Shown: positions 50,866-63,266, counted from the stretch's first letter. The stretch is DNA of 64,000 nt from Caldora sp. (GCA_965222765.1 CBDCVG010000043.1:161053-225052); one strand, 5' to 3'. Made by a program: numbers and translations. Notes: a model not told the origin generated them from the sequence alone.

Positions 50866-51249
50866 CAACAGTCTATTGCTAGTAAGGTTACTTTGGATTA
50901 TCGGCTAATTAAACTTTGAAGGAGCACTCGTTCCAAACCTCCATAGGTAAGGTATTTTAGCAAGCAGTATTTCTTTGTCACATCACGGCTGCATTTACAT
51001 TTGCTTACCAGTACTATTATACTATCAGCATTATGAGGCATTAGCTCTTCACCTCAGCGAGAGGCATTGACTCATTTTGGTATCAAATCATTTGAACAGC
51101 TTACGGGGAGAGCAAATCGAACTCTATGTGATCCCATAATAAGCTTGTTGGTAATTCAGCTCACCTACGAGCAGAGAAAAGTATCATCTTTTCAAAGGGT
51201 TTTCCATCACTGAGCTTTACCCAAAAAAATACCATACTAAAAACATAAT

Positions 51250-52730
51250 AGTTTTTGGTAGTTTTATGGAATCTCTCAATATTTTGTCTGAAGTCAAAAA
51301 TGAGAAATTTTTAATTCCGAGTTTAGAGCAAGGTCAGCTAATTTCACCCTACAGTTACATCTCAAACAATTGTGTCAATTCAAAGCAATCTTAAACGAGG
51401 ATATTTCTCTTTCACAAGCATCAGAAACTATTTGTAGATTTTTTCCTCAAACAAGTCAATGAATTAACACCGGAAACAGTTTTGTTGAAAGTTCAAAAAA
51501 ATATTCATTGAACTAACTGAAATGGTTGATTCAGAACCTCAACAAGCGATAGTAAAAATTGTCAATTCTGGTTCCGAAGAAACGTTTATTAATACTTTCA
51601 AAAGGTCAATTTATATTCTCTTAAATAATTGGAATTCACTGAAGAAAGATTGAATATGTAGAATCATTAATTCAACTAATTAAAGCTAATTTAAACAATC
51701 AAGAACAATCCTCTAGTCAAGCTTGTAAATCAGCTTGAAAAATTGAAATTGTGGCGCAGTAATTTTGCAACTAGTCAGGATTACCAAGAACTGCTAAAAT
51801 CTCGCATTAAAAACCAATAATCATTCCTTAAACAATTGGAGTCATCGCTACAGTTCTTACTTGTTGGTTTATCAATCGATGGATCACAGAAAATCGGTCA
51901 AGGAAAAAGCAACTGCAAAAACTCGCTCTCTTGTACTTAAGAAACAGTTTAAGTCTGAATTAGCAATGTATACAGCTCGTTCAAGCGCAACTTCTAATGA
52001 ACAAAGCAACTCCGATAACCCGACAATAATCGGCAATAAGGTGTTTTCTCTTATTAAGAAAATATTACAAAAACGTGGTTCTTTTAACTATACCAATTTG
52101 GCTCGAATATTTCTTAATCAAGCTCAGGAAATTTCTTACAAAGATTTTAAGCATAACCTTCTCAACTATTTATTTTATTCCCTAGATGAACAAGATTTAG
52201 ACCAATCAACCAAAAAACAACTAGAGCAACAGATAGAAAAACTCTATGAGGGATATCATGATCAAGATTGGGACAATCAATTACTTCTGAGAACGTGCAA
52301 TCGTTTAATTGAGCATTTTACCACATTGAATCAGGCAAATCCTTCTCAGTTATTTATGTTTTTAATAGCCCAAGATAAGGATTTAATTTTAGCAATTATG
52401 CTCCTTAAGCTTATATTGCTTTGCCCACAAAGCCGCACTCATTTAGAATGCTGTCTTGCCCAATTAATTGAACACTATCAAAGTCAGTCAGCATCAGATT
52501 GTCAGTGGTTAATTAACTTTTTAGAAGTTCTGCAAGTGACTCTAAGTGTCTATGCTGAAGATGTGCAGTACAACTTAGTCAAGATGTCAGAAGCACAGCA
52601 AGAAATTTCGGTCAACCTGGAGAGCAATGCCTATCGCATTTTTTCTCAGATGAAAGGGAAAACAAAGAAGGCAGGAGGCAGGAGGCAGGAGGCAGGAGGC
52701 AAACCCTCCCTATGTTTACTCAAGGGATAA
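51250..52730 (+). pseudogene. Decayed gene of unknown function. The 3' 870 nt (51861..52730) are still an intact ORF; the upstream ~600 nt read as protein-like text across all three frames with many stops.
   Basis: Upstream translations such as ...DYQELLKSRIKNQ*SFLKQLESSLQFLLVGLSIDGSQKIGQGK... and MESLNILSEVKNEKFLIPSLEQGQLISPYSY... look like residual coding sequence. Low GC. Confidence 0.4.
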
Positions 52731-53030
52731 GGTTAATTCTCTAGAGGAAAAAAATTTCATGTATCCCTTTCCCCAACAGAACTTTTTTGGTGAAGAGGAC
52801 TCATTGGCTTATTTCAGTTACTCTAAAAAAGTCGATTTGGCAGCACCTATGCTAGATTTTGCGGAGAGCCACCATTGAGCTCTCTAATACCAATTTCCTT
52901 AAATCCTGCTACACATCGATTCCCCCAACTCCCTTTGGCAAGGGGGAAGCAAGACAAACATCATGTAACAAGCATTGAAGAAATTGGTATAAGTAAACAA
53001 AACTGTTTTAATTGATTAAGGAAAAGTGCC

Positions 53031-53998
53031 GTGGATGCGGGGAATCAACAAAGGATCGTCGGCTACTTCATCGAAGAAGCAAAAGAACACCTCGATACTA
53101 TTGAACAAGGGCTCTTAGAGCTCCCCTCAGTAGTGACAGATCCCGAGAGAGTGAATGAAATGTTTCGTGCTGCTCATTCTGTTAAGGGAGGTGCAGCAAT
53201 GCTTGGCTTTGTCAGTCTTCAAAAGACAGCCCACAAGTTAGAGGATTCTTTTAAAGTCCTCAAAGAGAATGACATCAGCGTTGACGAAAAGCTAGAGACT
53301 TTGTTTTTAAGGGGCTATGATACTCTCAAAGACCTACTTGATAAGCTACAAGGTCCATTCGGTCTTCAGGAAGAGGAAGCAGAGAAAACAGTCCAAGCAG
53401 CAGAACCTTGCTTTGTTGAATTGGAGAGTTACCTCAAACAGCTAATGACTGGCTCCAGCGAATCAGCAACGGCAACAGCGCCGACTCCCTCACCCACCCC
53501 ACAGCAAACTCAAAAACAACTTTCGCCTAATTTTGCGCCTCAGGTAAAAGACTGCCTCAAGCAGATGTTGCAGGTATTTAAACAACAAGAAACATCACAC
53601 ACTCGTCAGAGGCTACAGAAGCACTGCAAGGATTTATTTGTGCTGGATCCAGGAAATAAAACTTGGCAAGAATTAGTTAAAATCTCTAATAAAGCGATCG
53701 CAAATCCTCAGAATTCTTATCAAACCCTAGCACCAGTAGTGATTAAAGAACTCAAGCAAGCTAGCGATCAATTGCAACAAAACCAAGGTTGTGTGCTTAC
53801 TCCCAGTCCAACTTTGCAGCAACTTATCAAAAAACACCGCCTGCTGGGGCGGCAAAAGTTGCTAATAACAAACTTAAGCAAATCACTTTGACGGTAGAAC
53901 CCAAAGCCGCTGCTAAGACGATTGTTCAAACGTTTGATAATAAACAACTCAGACAACTGATTAAGTTCCTTGCCCAAGCAGCTCGTTCCTCCTCTTGA
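53031..53998 (+). CDS. Hpt (histidine phosphotransfer, CheA-P1-like) domain protein with a P/Q/S-rich C-terminal region; a probable frameshift at an A6 run (~53826)
   Basis: The Hpt motif is FRAAHSVKGGAAMLGF. The main ORF ends LIKKHRLLGRQKLLITNLSKSL*, but the overlapping frame reads YQKTPPAGAAKVANNKLKQITLTVEPKAAAKTIVQTFDNKQLRQLIKFLAQAARSSS*, which looks like the genuine tail. Confidence 0.7.
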
Positions 53999-54176
53999 AT
54001 CTTGGTTGGGAATTGGGGGAGCTCGGGGAGAAACGGAGACAAGGGAGAGAAGAGAGAAATTCCCGATTCCCTAGTTTCTCGATAGCTCGCCTCGGAGCGC
54101 TTCGCGCCCCCAATTGAATGGGAGAAACAATATCTCCTTCCTACCTTCTACCTCCTGCCTTCTTTCTCAAGAGCAA

Positions 54177-54740
54177 TTAGCAATTAGTAATTCCCAAATG
54201 ACAAAATTGGAGTTCTCTTACCCTTTGAGATAGCGCCCCTGCTAGCTGCATTGCATCAGACATATCTATATCCCCATCACCATCAGCATCTAAAAAGCTA
54301 CTGAGAACTGAATTAGCACCTTGGGGATTTTGGCGATCAGTACCAGTTTCTAGGAGATTCAGCACTAGGGGAACTAGAGCAGGGAGCATTGATTGAATAG
54401 TTCCAGCAGGGATAGGGGTTCTGCTTTCAATTTCCTTCACAATCTGTTGTATCTGAGGGCTACTGAAGAGCACATTTACTGCTTGATTGTTGGGGCCATT
54501 GCCACTGTATTGATGCACAATGTCCTGTGCCTGCTGCTCCCCTTGTGCATCTCGCTTCTGCTGTAGCGCAGAGCGTACATGCTTGCCAACAATAGCAGTA
54601 GCAGTCTGCACCGCTTCTGGATTGGATTGGTAGGTACTACTCAGCTGCTGCACAGTATTGAAAATACCGGCTAATTGACCGGCACTCGCCATCTGGTTAG
54701 GATTATCGATCGCACCGAGAATTTGATTGAACAAGCTCAT
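54177..54740 (-). CDS. DUF937-like protein
   Basis: MSLFNQILGAIDNPNQ...LDADGDGDIDMSDAMQLAG, a pattern typical of DUF937. Confidence 0.45.
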   Translation of the reverse strand: MSLFNQILGAIDNPNQMASAGQLAGIFNTVQQLSSTYQSNPEAVQTATAIVGKHVRSALQQKRDAQGEQQAQDIVHQYSGNGPNNQAVNVLFSSPQIQQIVKEIESRTPIPAGTIQSMLPALVPLVLNLLETGTDRQNPQGANSVLSSFLDADGDGDIDMSDAMQLAGALSQRVRELQFCHLGITNC

Positions 54741-54860
54741 AGTTTTTAAGTGAGTTTTCCCTTCCTACGGACTTTACCTAGACATTAGGAAGTGTAGGCT
54801 AGTATTTAGGTTACCTGACCAGCCTCAATTAATTTTGTTGACAAATTGTAAGATTTGTCC

Positions 54861-54926
54861 CAATTCCCAATTCTAAATTCTAAATTCTAAATTCCCAATT
54901 CCCAATTCCCAATTCTAAATTCCCCA
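54861..54926. repeat. STRR tandem heptamers (CCCAATT / CTAAATT)
   Basis: Visible directly. Confidence 0.9.
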
Positions 54927-56485
54927 TGCCCCTCCCACGCTTGTTGACGCTGATTATTGGTCTTAGCTTAATTCTGGGGCTAATGCTGTGGTTAATCAAT
55001 TCTCTCTACCGACTGTATATCCAAATTTCCTTTACAACCCCTCTGCTCGCCAATTTACTGCTGTTGTTGCTGATTGCCTTGCTTGGGTTACTAATCTTCG
55101 CCTTCATCTACTATATGGGCTTGTTGGGACCTACTCAGAAGGGACAACCCAGGCGTCTCATGCCACCAAAAGTTCCAGAAGTAAAAACAGAGGCAGCTTC
55201 AGAAACTCTCAAAGCAGTAAGGCAACAGGTAACCCAGATTCAGGATGAAGTAGCACGGCAAGCTTTACTAACGCGATCGCGGGAAATTGAATCTATCTTA
55301 GCTCGCGGGGAACTTTTGGTAGTAGTGTTTGGTACGGGGTCAGCTGGTAAAACTTCCCTCGTCAATGCTTTGTTGGGGCGGATGATTGGTGAAGTGGGGG
55401 CTCCAATGGGGACAACGGAGGTGGGAGAAACTTACAGCTTGAAATTGAAGGGATTAAATCGCCAGATTCTGATTACTGATACACCAGGAATTCTAGAAGC
55501 AGGTGTTGCTGGTACACAACGAGAGCAAATGGCGCGAGAGTTGGCAACGGAAGCAGATTTGCTGTTGTTTGTGGTGGATAATGATCTACGGCAGTCGGAA
55601 TATATTCCACTAGAGCGTTTGGCAGAGATTGGGAAGCGCTCTATCCTGATTCTGAATAAAGTAGACCTCTATTCGGAAGTAGACAAGGAGAAGATTATTG
55701 CTCGGTTGCGGCAGCGAGTGCGCGGATTTATTGCTCCGTCAGATGTCGTAGCGATCGCGGCAAGTCCTGAATCAGTGGAGTTAGATGATGGTGAAATCTT
55801 TCAACCAGAGCCTGATGTCATGCCCTTAATCCGACGTCTTGCTGCTGTTCTACGCTCTGAGGGGGAAGATTTAGTTGCCGATAATATTCTCATGCAATCT
55901 CAGCGCTTAGGAGAAGAAGCCAGAAAAATCATTGACAACCAACGCAGACGGGAAGCGGAGAAGGTGGTGGAACGTTTCCAGTGGATTGGAGCAGGGGTGA
56001 TTTCGGTGACTCCTTTACCGGTGGTGGATTTACTGGCAACCGCAGCAGTCAATGCTCAAATGGTGGTAGAAATTGGCAGAATCTACGGCTGTGAACTGAA
56101 TAGTTCGCGAGGCAAAGAACTTGCTCTTTCTCTGGGAAAAACCTTAGCAAGTTTGGGCATTGTCAAAGGAGCAATTCAACTCCTCTCAACGGCTCTCCAA
56201 CTAAATATCGCTACCTATTTAGTGGGCAAGGCAATTCAAGGTGTCACAGCAGCTTATCTCACCAGAATTGCAGGTAAAAGCTTCATTGAATATTTTCGCC
56301 ATAATCAAGATTGGGGCGATGGTGGTATGACGGAGGTAGTACAGAAGCAATTCCAATTAAACCGCCGGGATGAGTTTATCAAGGCTTTTGTCCAGGATGC
56401 GATCGCACGGGTAGTGAAGCCGCTGACAGATAACTCCCAGACAGAATTGGAGTCACAAGATTCTAGTCACCAACAGGATTGGTGA
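54926..56485 (+). CDS. Membrane-anchored GTPase (HSR1/YcjF-like G domain + DUF697)
   Basis: The N-terminus has two TM helices. The P-loop is GTGSAGKTS, then DTPG and NKVD, followed by a C-terminal DUF697-like segment. Confidence 0.65.
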   Translation: MPLPRLLTLIIGLSLILGLMLWLINSLYRLYIQISFTTPLLANLLLLLLIALLGLLIFAFIYYMGLLGPTQKGQPRRLMPPKVPEVKTEAASETLKAVRQQVTQIQDEVARQALLTRSREIESILARGELLVVVFGTGSAGKTSLVNALLGRMIGEVGAPMGTTEVGETYSLKLKGLNRQILITDTPGILEAGVAGTQREQMARELATEADLLLFVVDNDLRQSEYIPLERLAEIGKRSILILNKVDLYSEVDKEKIIARLRQRVRGFIAPSDVVAIAASPESVELDDGEIFQPEPDVMPLIRRLAAVLRSEGEDLVADNILMQSQRLGEEARKIIDNQRRREAEKVVERFQWIGAGVISVTPLPVVDLLATAAVNAQMVVEIGRIYGCELNSSRGKELALSLGKTLASLGIVKGAIQLLSTALQLNIATYLVGKAIQGVTAAYLTRIAGKSFIEYFRHNQDWGDGGMTEVVQKQFQLNRRDEFIKAFVQDAIARVVKPLTDNSQTELESQDSSHQQDW

Positions 56486-56725
56486 GAAACACCTCAGGAC
56501 TTAGGCAAAACCTCTATTTGTAGGGTGTGAAGCCCTTACTGGGGTTATCTTCTGTATGTTGGTTGCGGATTTAATCCCAGATGCGGAGACAGGCTAGAAG
56601 CCTGTTCCACAGGAGATTTTTCTACAGGAGATGCATCATATGTGGAACTGGCATCTTGCCAGTGTTGACCTTTATTCTTTGTCAAATTCCCTGCTAAAGT
56701 AGCTAAAAAGGAGGTTATTTAAAAA

Positions 56726-56848
56726 ATGAGCGTCAAACTAATTTTAGTGGGATTAACAGTTGCTTTCACTGTATTGTCTCTGTTCTTTGGTACTAAGAAC
56801 GGATTTTATGATTCAGATGATTACCACGGTAATGGTTCTGCCCATTAG
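56726..56848 (+). CDS. Small single-TM protein (40 aa) with a strong Shine-Dalgarno sequence
   Basis: AAGGAGG sits 8 nt upstream of the ATG. The protein is MSVKLILVGLTVAFTVLSLFFGTKNGFYDSDDYHGNGSAH. It is absent from the ORF track (too short). Confidence 0.4.
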   Translation: MSVKLILVGLTVAFTVLSLFFGTKNGFYDSDDYHGNGSAH

Positions 56849-56925
56849 GTTTAACGACAAATGACGAATGATAAATGACGATCCCCAGGTTGCTTTGCTG
56901 AACCTGTGGTCTCACGGAAATTACG

Positions 56926-58662
56926 ATGAGCAATCAACGCTCCCTGGCATCTTCTTCTGAAGATGACAGATTAACTTGCTTCCCTTATGGTGTTGGTCAG
57001 GGCGCAGAGGGGGTTTGTTTGTTGGTGCAGATGGGGCCACACCGCATCCTCCTCGACTGTGGTTTAGCGGATATTACGCCTCTACAAGCCGAAGAGCATC
57101 CACCAGCAGATTTGGTATTGTGTAGCCATGCCCATAACGATCATGCCCAGGGCTTACTGGCTCTGCACCAAGCTTTTCCCCATTTGCCAGTCTACGCTAG
57201 TGAAGAAACGACGACCCTACTGCCACTGAACTGGTTGCCGTTCACCTCAGGGATCATGACCGGTTTACATAGTCAAGGTAGGGAAGTAGGGGAAAGCGAT
57301 AGAGAAGTTAACCAAGCCGATAGTACTCCAGAAGCACCAGTAGTGGAGAGTAGAGGAGCTTCGGATATTCCCCAATTCTGTCAGGCTTTGCCTTGGTACT
57401 CACCTGTAGAATTAAGAGATGGACTAACTGCCCAATTATTTCCTGCAGGTCATTTGCCAGGAGCAGCGGCAGTGTTACTTGCTTACACTGCTCCCCGTAA
57501 AACTTACCGACTACTTTATACCGGGGACTTTTTTCTGTCTAACTCACGGTTGGTAGAGGGATTGTCTATTGAACCTCTTAGGGGTACACAACCAGACGTA
57601 GTGATTGTGGAAGGCAGTTATGGCACTGCTCGACATCCTCATCGAAGGCAACAGGAAAATCAGCTGGTAGAGTTAATTGAGCAAGCAATCACATCTAACA
57701 AGTCCGTTTTGCTACCAGTACCTACCTTGGGTTTAGGTCAAGAAATCCTCATGCTCCTGCGGAGCCATCACCAATTCACTGGTCGTGATTTAGATATTTG
57801 GGTAGATGGTACTGTCGCCGCAGCTTGTGACATCTATTTAGAGCTCCTACCTCACTTACCTACTTCCGTACAAAATTTTGCTCGACATCAACCCCTGTTT
57901 TGGGATGAGCGAGTGCGCCCTCGGGTGCGGCGATTGGATGAACAAAACCGGTGCGTCATCGGTAAACCTCCCTGTATAGTCATTACCGATGAAAGTGCTG
58001 ATTTAAGCAACTATTTTCATCCAGATTGCGGTTCTCAGCTCGTGTTAATACCAGAACAACCAAGATATTCTGTCAGCTTAGAAAACCCCGAGCAACATGC
58101 AATTCAAACCTATTCACTAGCTCAACATAGTGATTATTTAGGAACAACTCAGTTAATTCATAACCTGCGTCCTCAACACGTTATTTTTTTCCACGGTTCT
58201 CCAACCTACCTGGCTGATTTAACAAGCTTAGAAGAGTTGCAAAATCGCTACCATCTACATTCTCCAGCTACAGGCACACTGGTAGAGCTGCCGATTGGTG
58301 AAATATTTGTGCAACCAGCAGCACCACCCCCAACCAATTACGAAGGGGAGCTGACGGAACTAGACACATTTGTCAATATTAATCTCCCAGAAGCAATCAT
58401 CGCTGACCCTCGCTGGCAAGATTTTGCTGATACTGGTTTGGTGGAGGCTCGCTGGCAAGGAAAAGAGCTGGTATTGCGGGGTTTATCACAAAGGGAGTTG
58501 CTTAAGGAAAGTGGTAATACTAGAATACCGATGAACATCGACTGCTGCGGTATCTGTCGCCACCAACGAGGACAACGCTGCTGGAATCCAGCTTCTCCCC
58601 TATATGGCTTTAAGGTGACACCAGAGGGTTACTGTCCAGTCTTTGAACCCACAGCACCTTAG
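56926..58662 (+). CDS. MBL-fold metallo-hydrolase with a Cys-rich C-terminal domain
   Basis: The motif is HAHNDHAQG (the HxHxDH signature). The C-terminus reads CCGICRHQRGQRCW...C. Confidence 0.75.
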   Translation: MSNQRSLASSSEDDRLTCFPYGVGQGAEGVCLLVQMGPHRILLDCGLADITPLQAEEHPPADLVLCSHAHNDHAQGLLALHQAFPHLPVYASEETTTLLPLNWLPFTSGIMTGLHSQGREVGESDREVNQADSTPEAPVVESRGASDIPQFCQALPWYSPVELRDGLTAQLFPAGHLPGAAAVLLAYTAPRKTYRLLYTGDFFLSNSRLVEGLSIEPLRGTQPDVVIVEGSYGTARHPHRRQQENQLVELIEQAITSNKSVLLPVPTLGLGQEILMLLRSHHQFTGRDLDIWVDGTVAAACDIYLELLPHLPTSVQNFARHQPLFWDERVRPRVRRLDEQNRCVIGKPPCIVITDESADLSNYFHPDCGSQLVLIPEQPRYSVSLENPEQHAIQTYSLAQHSDYLGTTQLIHNLRPQHVIFFHGSPTYLADLTSLEELQNRYHLHSPATGTLVELPIGEIFVQPAAPPPTNYEGELTELDTFVNINLPEAIIADPRWQDFADTGLVEARWQGKELVLRGLSQRELLKESGNTRIPMNIDCCGICRHQRGQRCWNPASPLYGFKVTPEGYCPVFEPTAP

Positions 58663-58690
58663 GGGTGTTGGGAGTATGGGGAGACAAGGG

Positions 58691-58785
58691 AGATATTTCC
58701 AATTCCCAATTCCCAATTCCCTTCTTCGTTCAAGTCAATTAACAATTTAACAATTTAACAATTTAACAATTTTCAATTTGACCAA
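58691..58785. repeat. STRR tandem heptamers (CCCAATT x3, then AACAATTT x4)
   Basis: Visible directly. Confidence 0.9.
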
Positions 58786-58847
58786 AAGTAAACATTTGCT
58801 AAAGTAATTCCTTGCTCTGTCTTTCTTACTGATATATTACTGAAACC

Positions 58848-60317
<1,470 letters not shown>

Positions 60318-60408
60318 GTTCGGAGTTAATGTAGGGTGGGTATTGTCAAAAATATCAAACATCTTCGTTCGATATGATTACAAAGCAATGCCCACAGTAT
60401 TATTAGAT

Positions 60409-60438
60409 TGTAGAGACGCGCCATGGCGCGTCTCTACA
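60409..60438 (+). terminator. Perfect 30-nt palindrome TGTAGAGACGCGCCATGGCGCGTCTCTACA downstream of thiC
   Basis: A 14-bp stem, 91 nt after the thiC stop. Confidence 0.55.
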
Positions 60439-60703
60439 GGGTTTCACGATTTGCTCAAAACGGGTGTGGCTAACCCGGATTTGGTAAAACATCTAAATTA
60501 TATGGTTCTGGATTCTACTTCTTTGATCAGCACAGCTTCCCGCTTCAGCAGTTGGGTATTATCTGCGGCACTACTTTGGGGTGGTGCTGCTCAAGCGCAG
60601 ATAGAATTTCGCCTATAGTGATTGAGCTGGAAGCAGAGCGGTGTCAAGCTCAGGGGGTTATCAGTGTCACCAACACCAGTAATGCTTATTCTGGTCTATT
60701 TTC

Positions 60704-62041
60704 TTGCCTTTTGGAGGACATTTGCATACTACCCTATCTATTGTTCTATTAGCACTGGTTACTGGTTGTGCAGCAGATTTGCCCCAAGATACATTTGTCT
60801 CTCCTCAATCTGAAGCCTCTGAACCATTAGTTAATGAGTCAATTGTCACAAAAAAGAACAATTCCTTAGAACTAGTAAAAAATCTCAATAATCCTAACCC
60901 AGCAACTCAAAAGCAAATTGAGCAATACATCAATAAGCTGGCTGCGAAAGGAGCGGCAAAAGCAAATCAAGGGGTATGGATACAAGCTGGTGATACCCTG
61001 TTGGCAAATTACCAGAGTACTGTGCCTCAGCCTGCTGCTTCCATTGCCAAGGTGGCAACTACCCTAGCAGCTTTGAAAACCTTTGGACCAGACCATCAGT
61101 TTGTTACCCTAATTGGAGCAACTGGAGCGATCGCAAATGGAGTATTGCAGGGTGACTTGGTAATTCAAGGAGGAGCAGACCCCTTTTTTGTCTGGGAAGA
61201 GGCAGTTGCGGTGGGAAATCTCCTCAATCAGCTGGGTATTAAGCGGGTAACTGGTAATTTGGTAATCACTGGCAAGTTTTATATGAACTTTCAGTTTGAC
61301 CCGATGGCGTCAGGAAATCTACTCAAGCAAGGATTAAATGCTAAGATTTGGTCTAAGGAAGCAGAAACTCAGTATCTAACTTTACCGACTGGAACTCCTA
61401 GACCTCAGGTGGAAATTGAAGGCTCTGTATTTGTCTCTCCCTCTGCTCCTAGCAATGTGCAACTGCTAGTGCGCCACTATTCTTTCCCCCTGGCTGAACT
61501 ACTCAAAAAAATGAATCTCTATAGTAACAATGTAATGGTAGAGATTTTAGATAATGCTGTCGGTGGTACAGCAGCCGTAGCACAAAAAGCAGCTGAAGCC
61601 GCTGGAGTTCCCCTAACAGAAATTCAACTCAACGGTTCTATTGCCGAAAGAAAGATTTCTCCCCGCGCTGCTTGTGGTATGTTTTTGGCAATTGAGCGCT
61701 ATTTGCAAGCTCACAATCTGACAGTTGCCGATGTGTTTGCCATTATTGGTCAAGATCCAGGAATTTTAGAAAAACACCAACTACCGAGATTATCTGTGAT
61801 TAAATCCGGTAGCTGGAATAATATCGGAGCCTTAGTAGGAAGATTGCCTACTCAAAAACAGGGTACAGTCTGGTTGGCCGTTATGAATCTTGGTGAAGAC
61901 TTTAAGGAATCTCATGCTGAGCAAGAAATTCTCCTCAAGGGTTTGTTGAATCAGTGGGGTACTGTAGAATCTTTGCCAGTCGATTTAAAGCCCAATCCAG
62001 AAAGAAAGAACAAAACTTCTCGTAGTGAAATTGTCAATTGA
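60704..62041 (+). CDS. D-alanyl-D-alanine carboxypeptidase/endopeptidase (PBP4, peptidase S13 family) lipoprotein
   Basis: The SxxK motif is ASIAKV and the lipobox is LVTGC. TTG start. Confidence 0.8.
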   Translation: MPFGGHLHTTLSIVLLALVTGCAADLPQDTFVSPQSEASEPLVNESIVTKKNNSLELVKNLNNPNPATQKQIEQYINKLAAKGAAKANQGVWIQAGDTLLANYQSTVPQPAASIAKVATTLAALKTFGPDHQFVTLIGATGAIANGVLQGDLVIQGGADPFFVWEEAVAVGNLLNQLGIKRVTGNLVITGKFYMNFQFDPMASGNLLKQGLNAKIWSKEAETQYLTLPTGTPRPQVEIEGSVFVSPSAPSNVQLLVRHYSFPLAELLKKMNLYSNNVMVEILDNAVGGTAAVAQKAAEAAGVPLTEIQLNGSIAERKISPRAACGMFLAIERYLQAHNLTVADVFAIIGQDPGILEKHQLPRLSVIKSGSWNNIGALVGRLPTQKQGTVWLAVMNLGEDFKESHAEQEILLKGLLNQWGTVESLPVDLKPNPERKNKTSRSEIVN

Positions 62042-62186
62042 TTTTTTTCTTGTGTAACAGGCATCTTGCCTGTCATCGAACCGAATCGATCCTGCAATCG
62101 CTTAAGATCCCCTATGATTTTTGCTTAGCTTCCAACCATGATTAGTTACATAGTTGATCACATCTTCAATACCAATATCTGACAAG

Positions 62187-62455
62187 TCATCTATTACGAT
62201 CCTCTCGAATCAAAACAGTGCTATCCGGTAATCCAAAACTAATTGGATTAACTCTGGGGCGGTTACGAATTCTTCCTAAAACTGTTGACATCGGTTCCGT
62301 CTGAGGTTCCTGAATAATTTTTCGCTCATTGGGCTGAAATGCTTGCTGCAACAGATGAATTACTGTCTCATTCAGAGTAAGCTGGTTGCCAGCAGCAAGA
62401 CTTTGAATGCGGTTATAAAGTTCATCTGGTAGGTGTCAATCTGGAGGGTAGCCAT
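62187..62455 (-). pseudogene. Ribbon-helix-helix antitoxin remnant with a frameshift after codon ~10
   Basis: MATLQIDTYQ (frame A) continues as LPDELYNRIQSLAAGNQLTLNETVIHLLQQAFQ... in another frame. There is no start codon in the long frame, which is why it is absent from the ORF track. Confidence 0.45.
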
Positions 62456-62637
62456 TGCAGTCTCCGAGGAGCCTAACTATTACAGTGTAAGTGTAGCGTA
62501 ACATTGCTATTGATATTATATTACCCAGTTGCCGTAAATCTTAGTTGCGATCGCTCAGTGTTTGACAGGGATGCTCACACGCTTACAACTTGTTCCAAGG
62601 TAACTTCCGTTGGCTGAAACCACAGTTTTAAAAGTTG

Positions 62638-62904
62638 TTAGGCTACGTTGCTTGAATAGTTATACACAGGAACCTGAACAAAATGGTCAGGTTTTTCTTG
62701 AGCTAAAACTATCTGTTGTAGATGTTCCACAGTTGATGGAGAGAAGAACTGCTCACCTGTTTCTTCATTGACACGGGCAGGCACATTTTCAATGAGGATA
62801 ATCTTGCCGCTGAGTTCTAAAGTATAGGTGACTTGCTTCTCCACTAATGTCTCTTGCCATTCAGTTGTCATCGCTGCTACGCCTCCTTTGCGTAAAATCA
62901 TCAT
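62638..62904 (-). CDS. Putative antitoxin-like partner of the DUF4258 protein
   Basis: Small ORF overlapping the upstream DUF4258 gene by 44 nt. The probable start is MTTEWQ at 62871. Confidence 0.4.
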   Translation of the reverse strand: MMILRKGGVAAMTTEWQETLVEKQVTYTLELSGKIILIENVPARVNEETGEQFFSPSTVEHLQQIVLAQEKPDHFVQVPVYNYSSNVA

Positions 62905-63193
62905 TCCATTGCTGAGGTAATGGTTCGTATACTGTAATAATCTTAATCAGTGGACGAGAAGGATAGCTACATTGAATATGAATTGGGCGTCGTGCTTGTG
63001 TCCAACCACAAATTAAGCAACTTGCTCCGTACTTATCATCTGGATAATCTTCAATGATTTGACCATTCGCAACTGCCTCCCGAATTTCTTGAACCAGAAT
63101 TTGCCGCAGGATAGATTGGTCAACAGCGTGCTTAGAAAACTCAAATTGGTTCTCAGCAAATTTGCGGCGTATTTCAGTAATTATTGTGGTCAC
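62861..63193 (-). CDS. DUF4258-family toxin-like protein
   Basis: FSKHAVDQSILRQI...EIREAVANGQIIEDYPDDKYGASCLICGWTQARRPIHIQCSY...IKIITVYEP matches the DUF4258 pattern. Confidence 0.55.
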   Translation of the reverse strand: MTTIITEIRRKFAENQFEFSKHAVDQSILRQILVQEIREAVANGQIIEDYPDDKYGASCLICGWTQARRPIHIQCSYPSRPLIKIITVYEPLPQQWNDDFTQRRRSSDDN

Positions 63194-63266
63194 CCAACTA
63201 TAAGTAGTTGAACAGAATCAATTATATATTATGAAATCATCAATAACATCAGTATATTTTGAGAAT

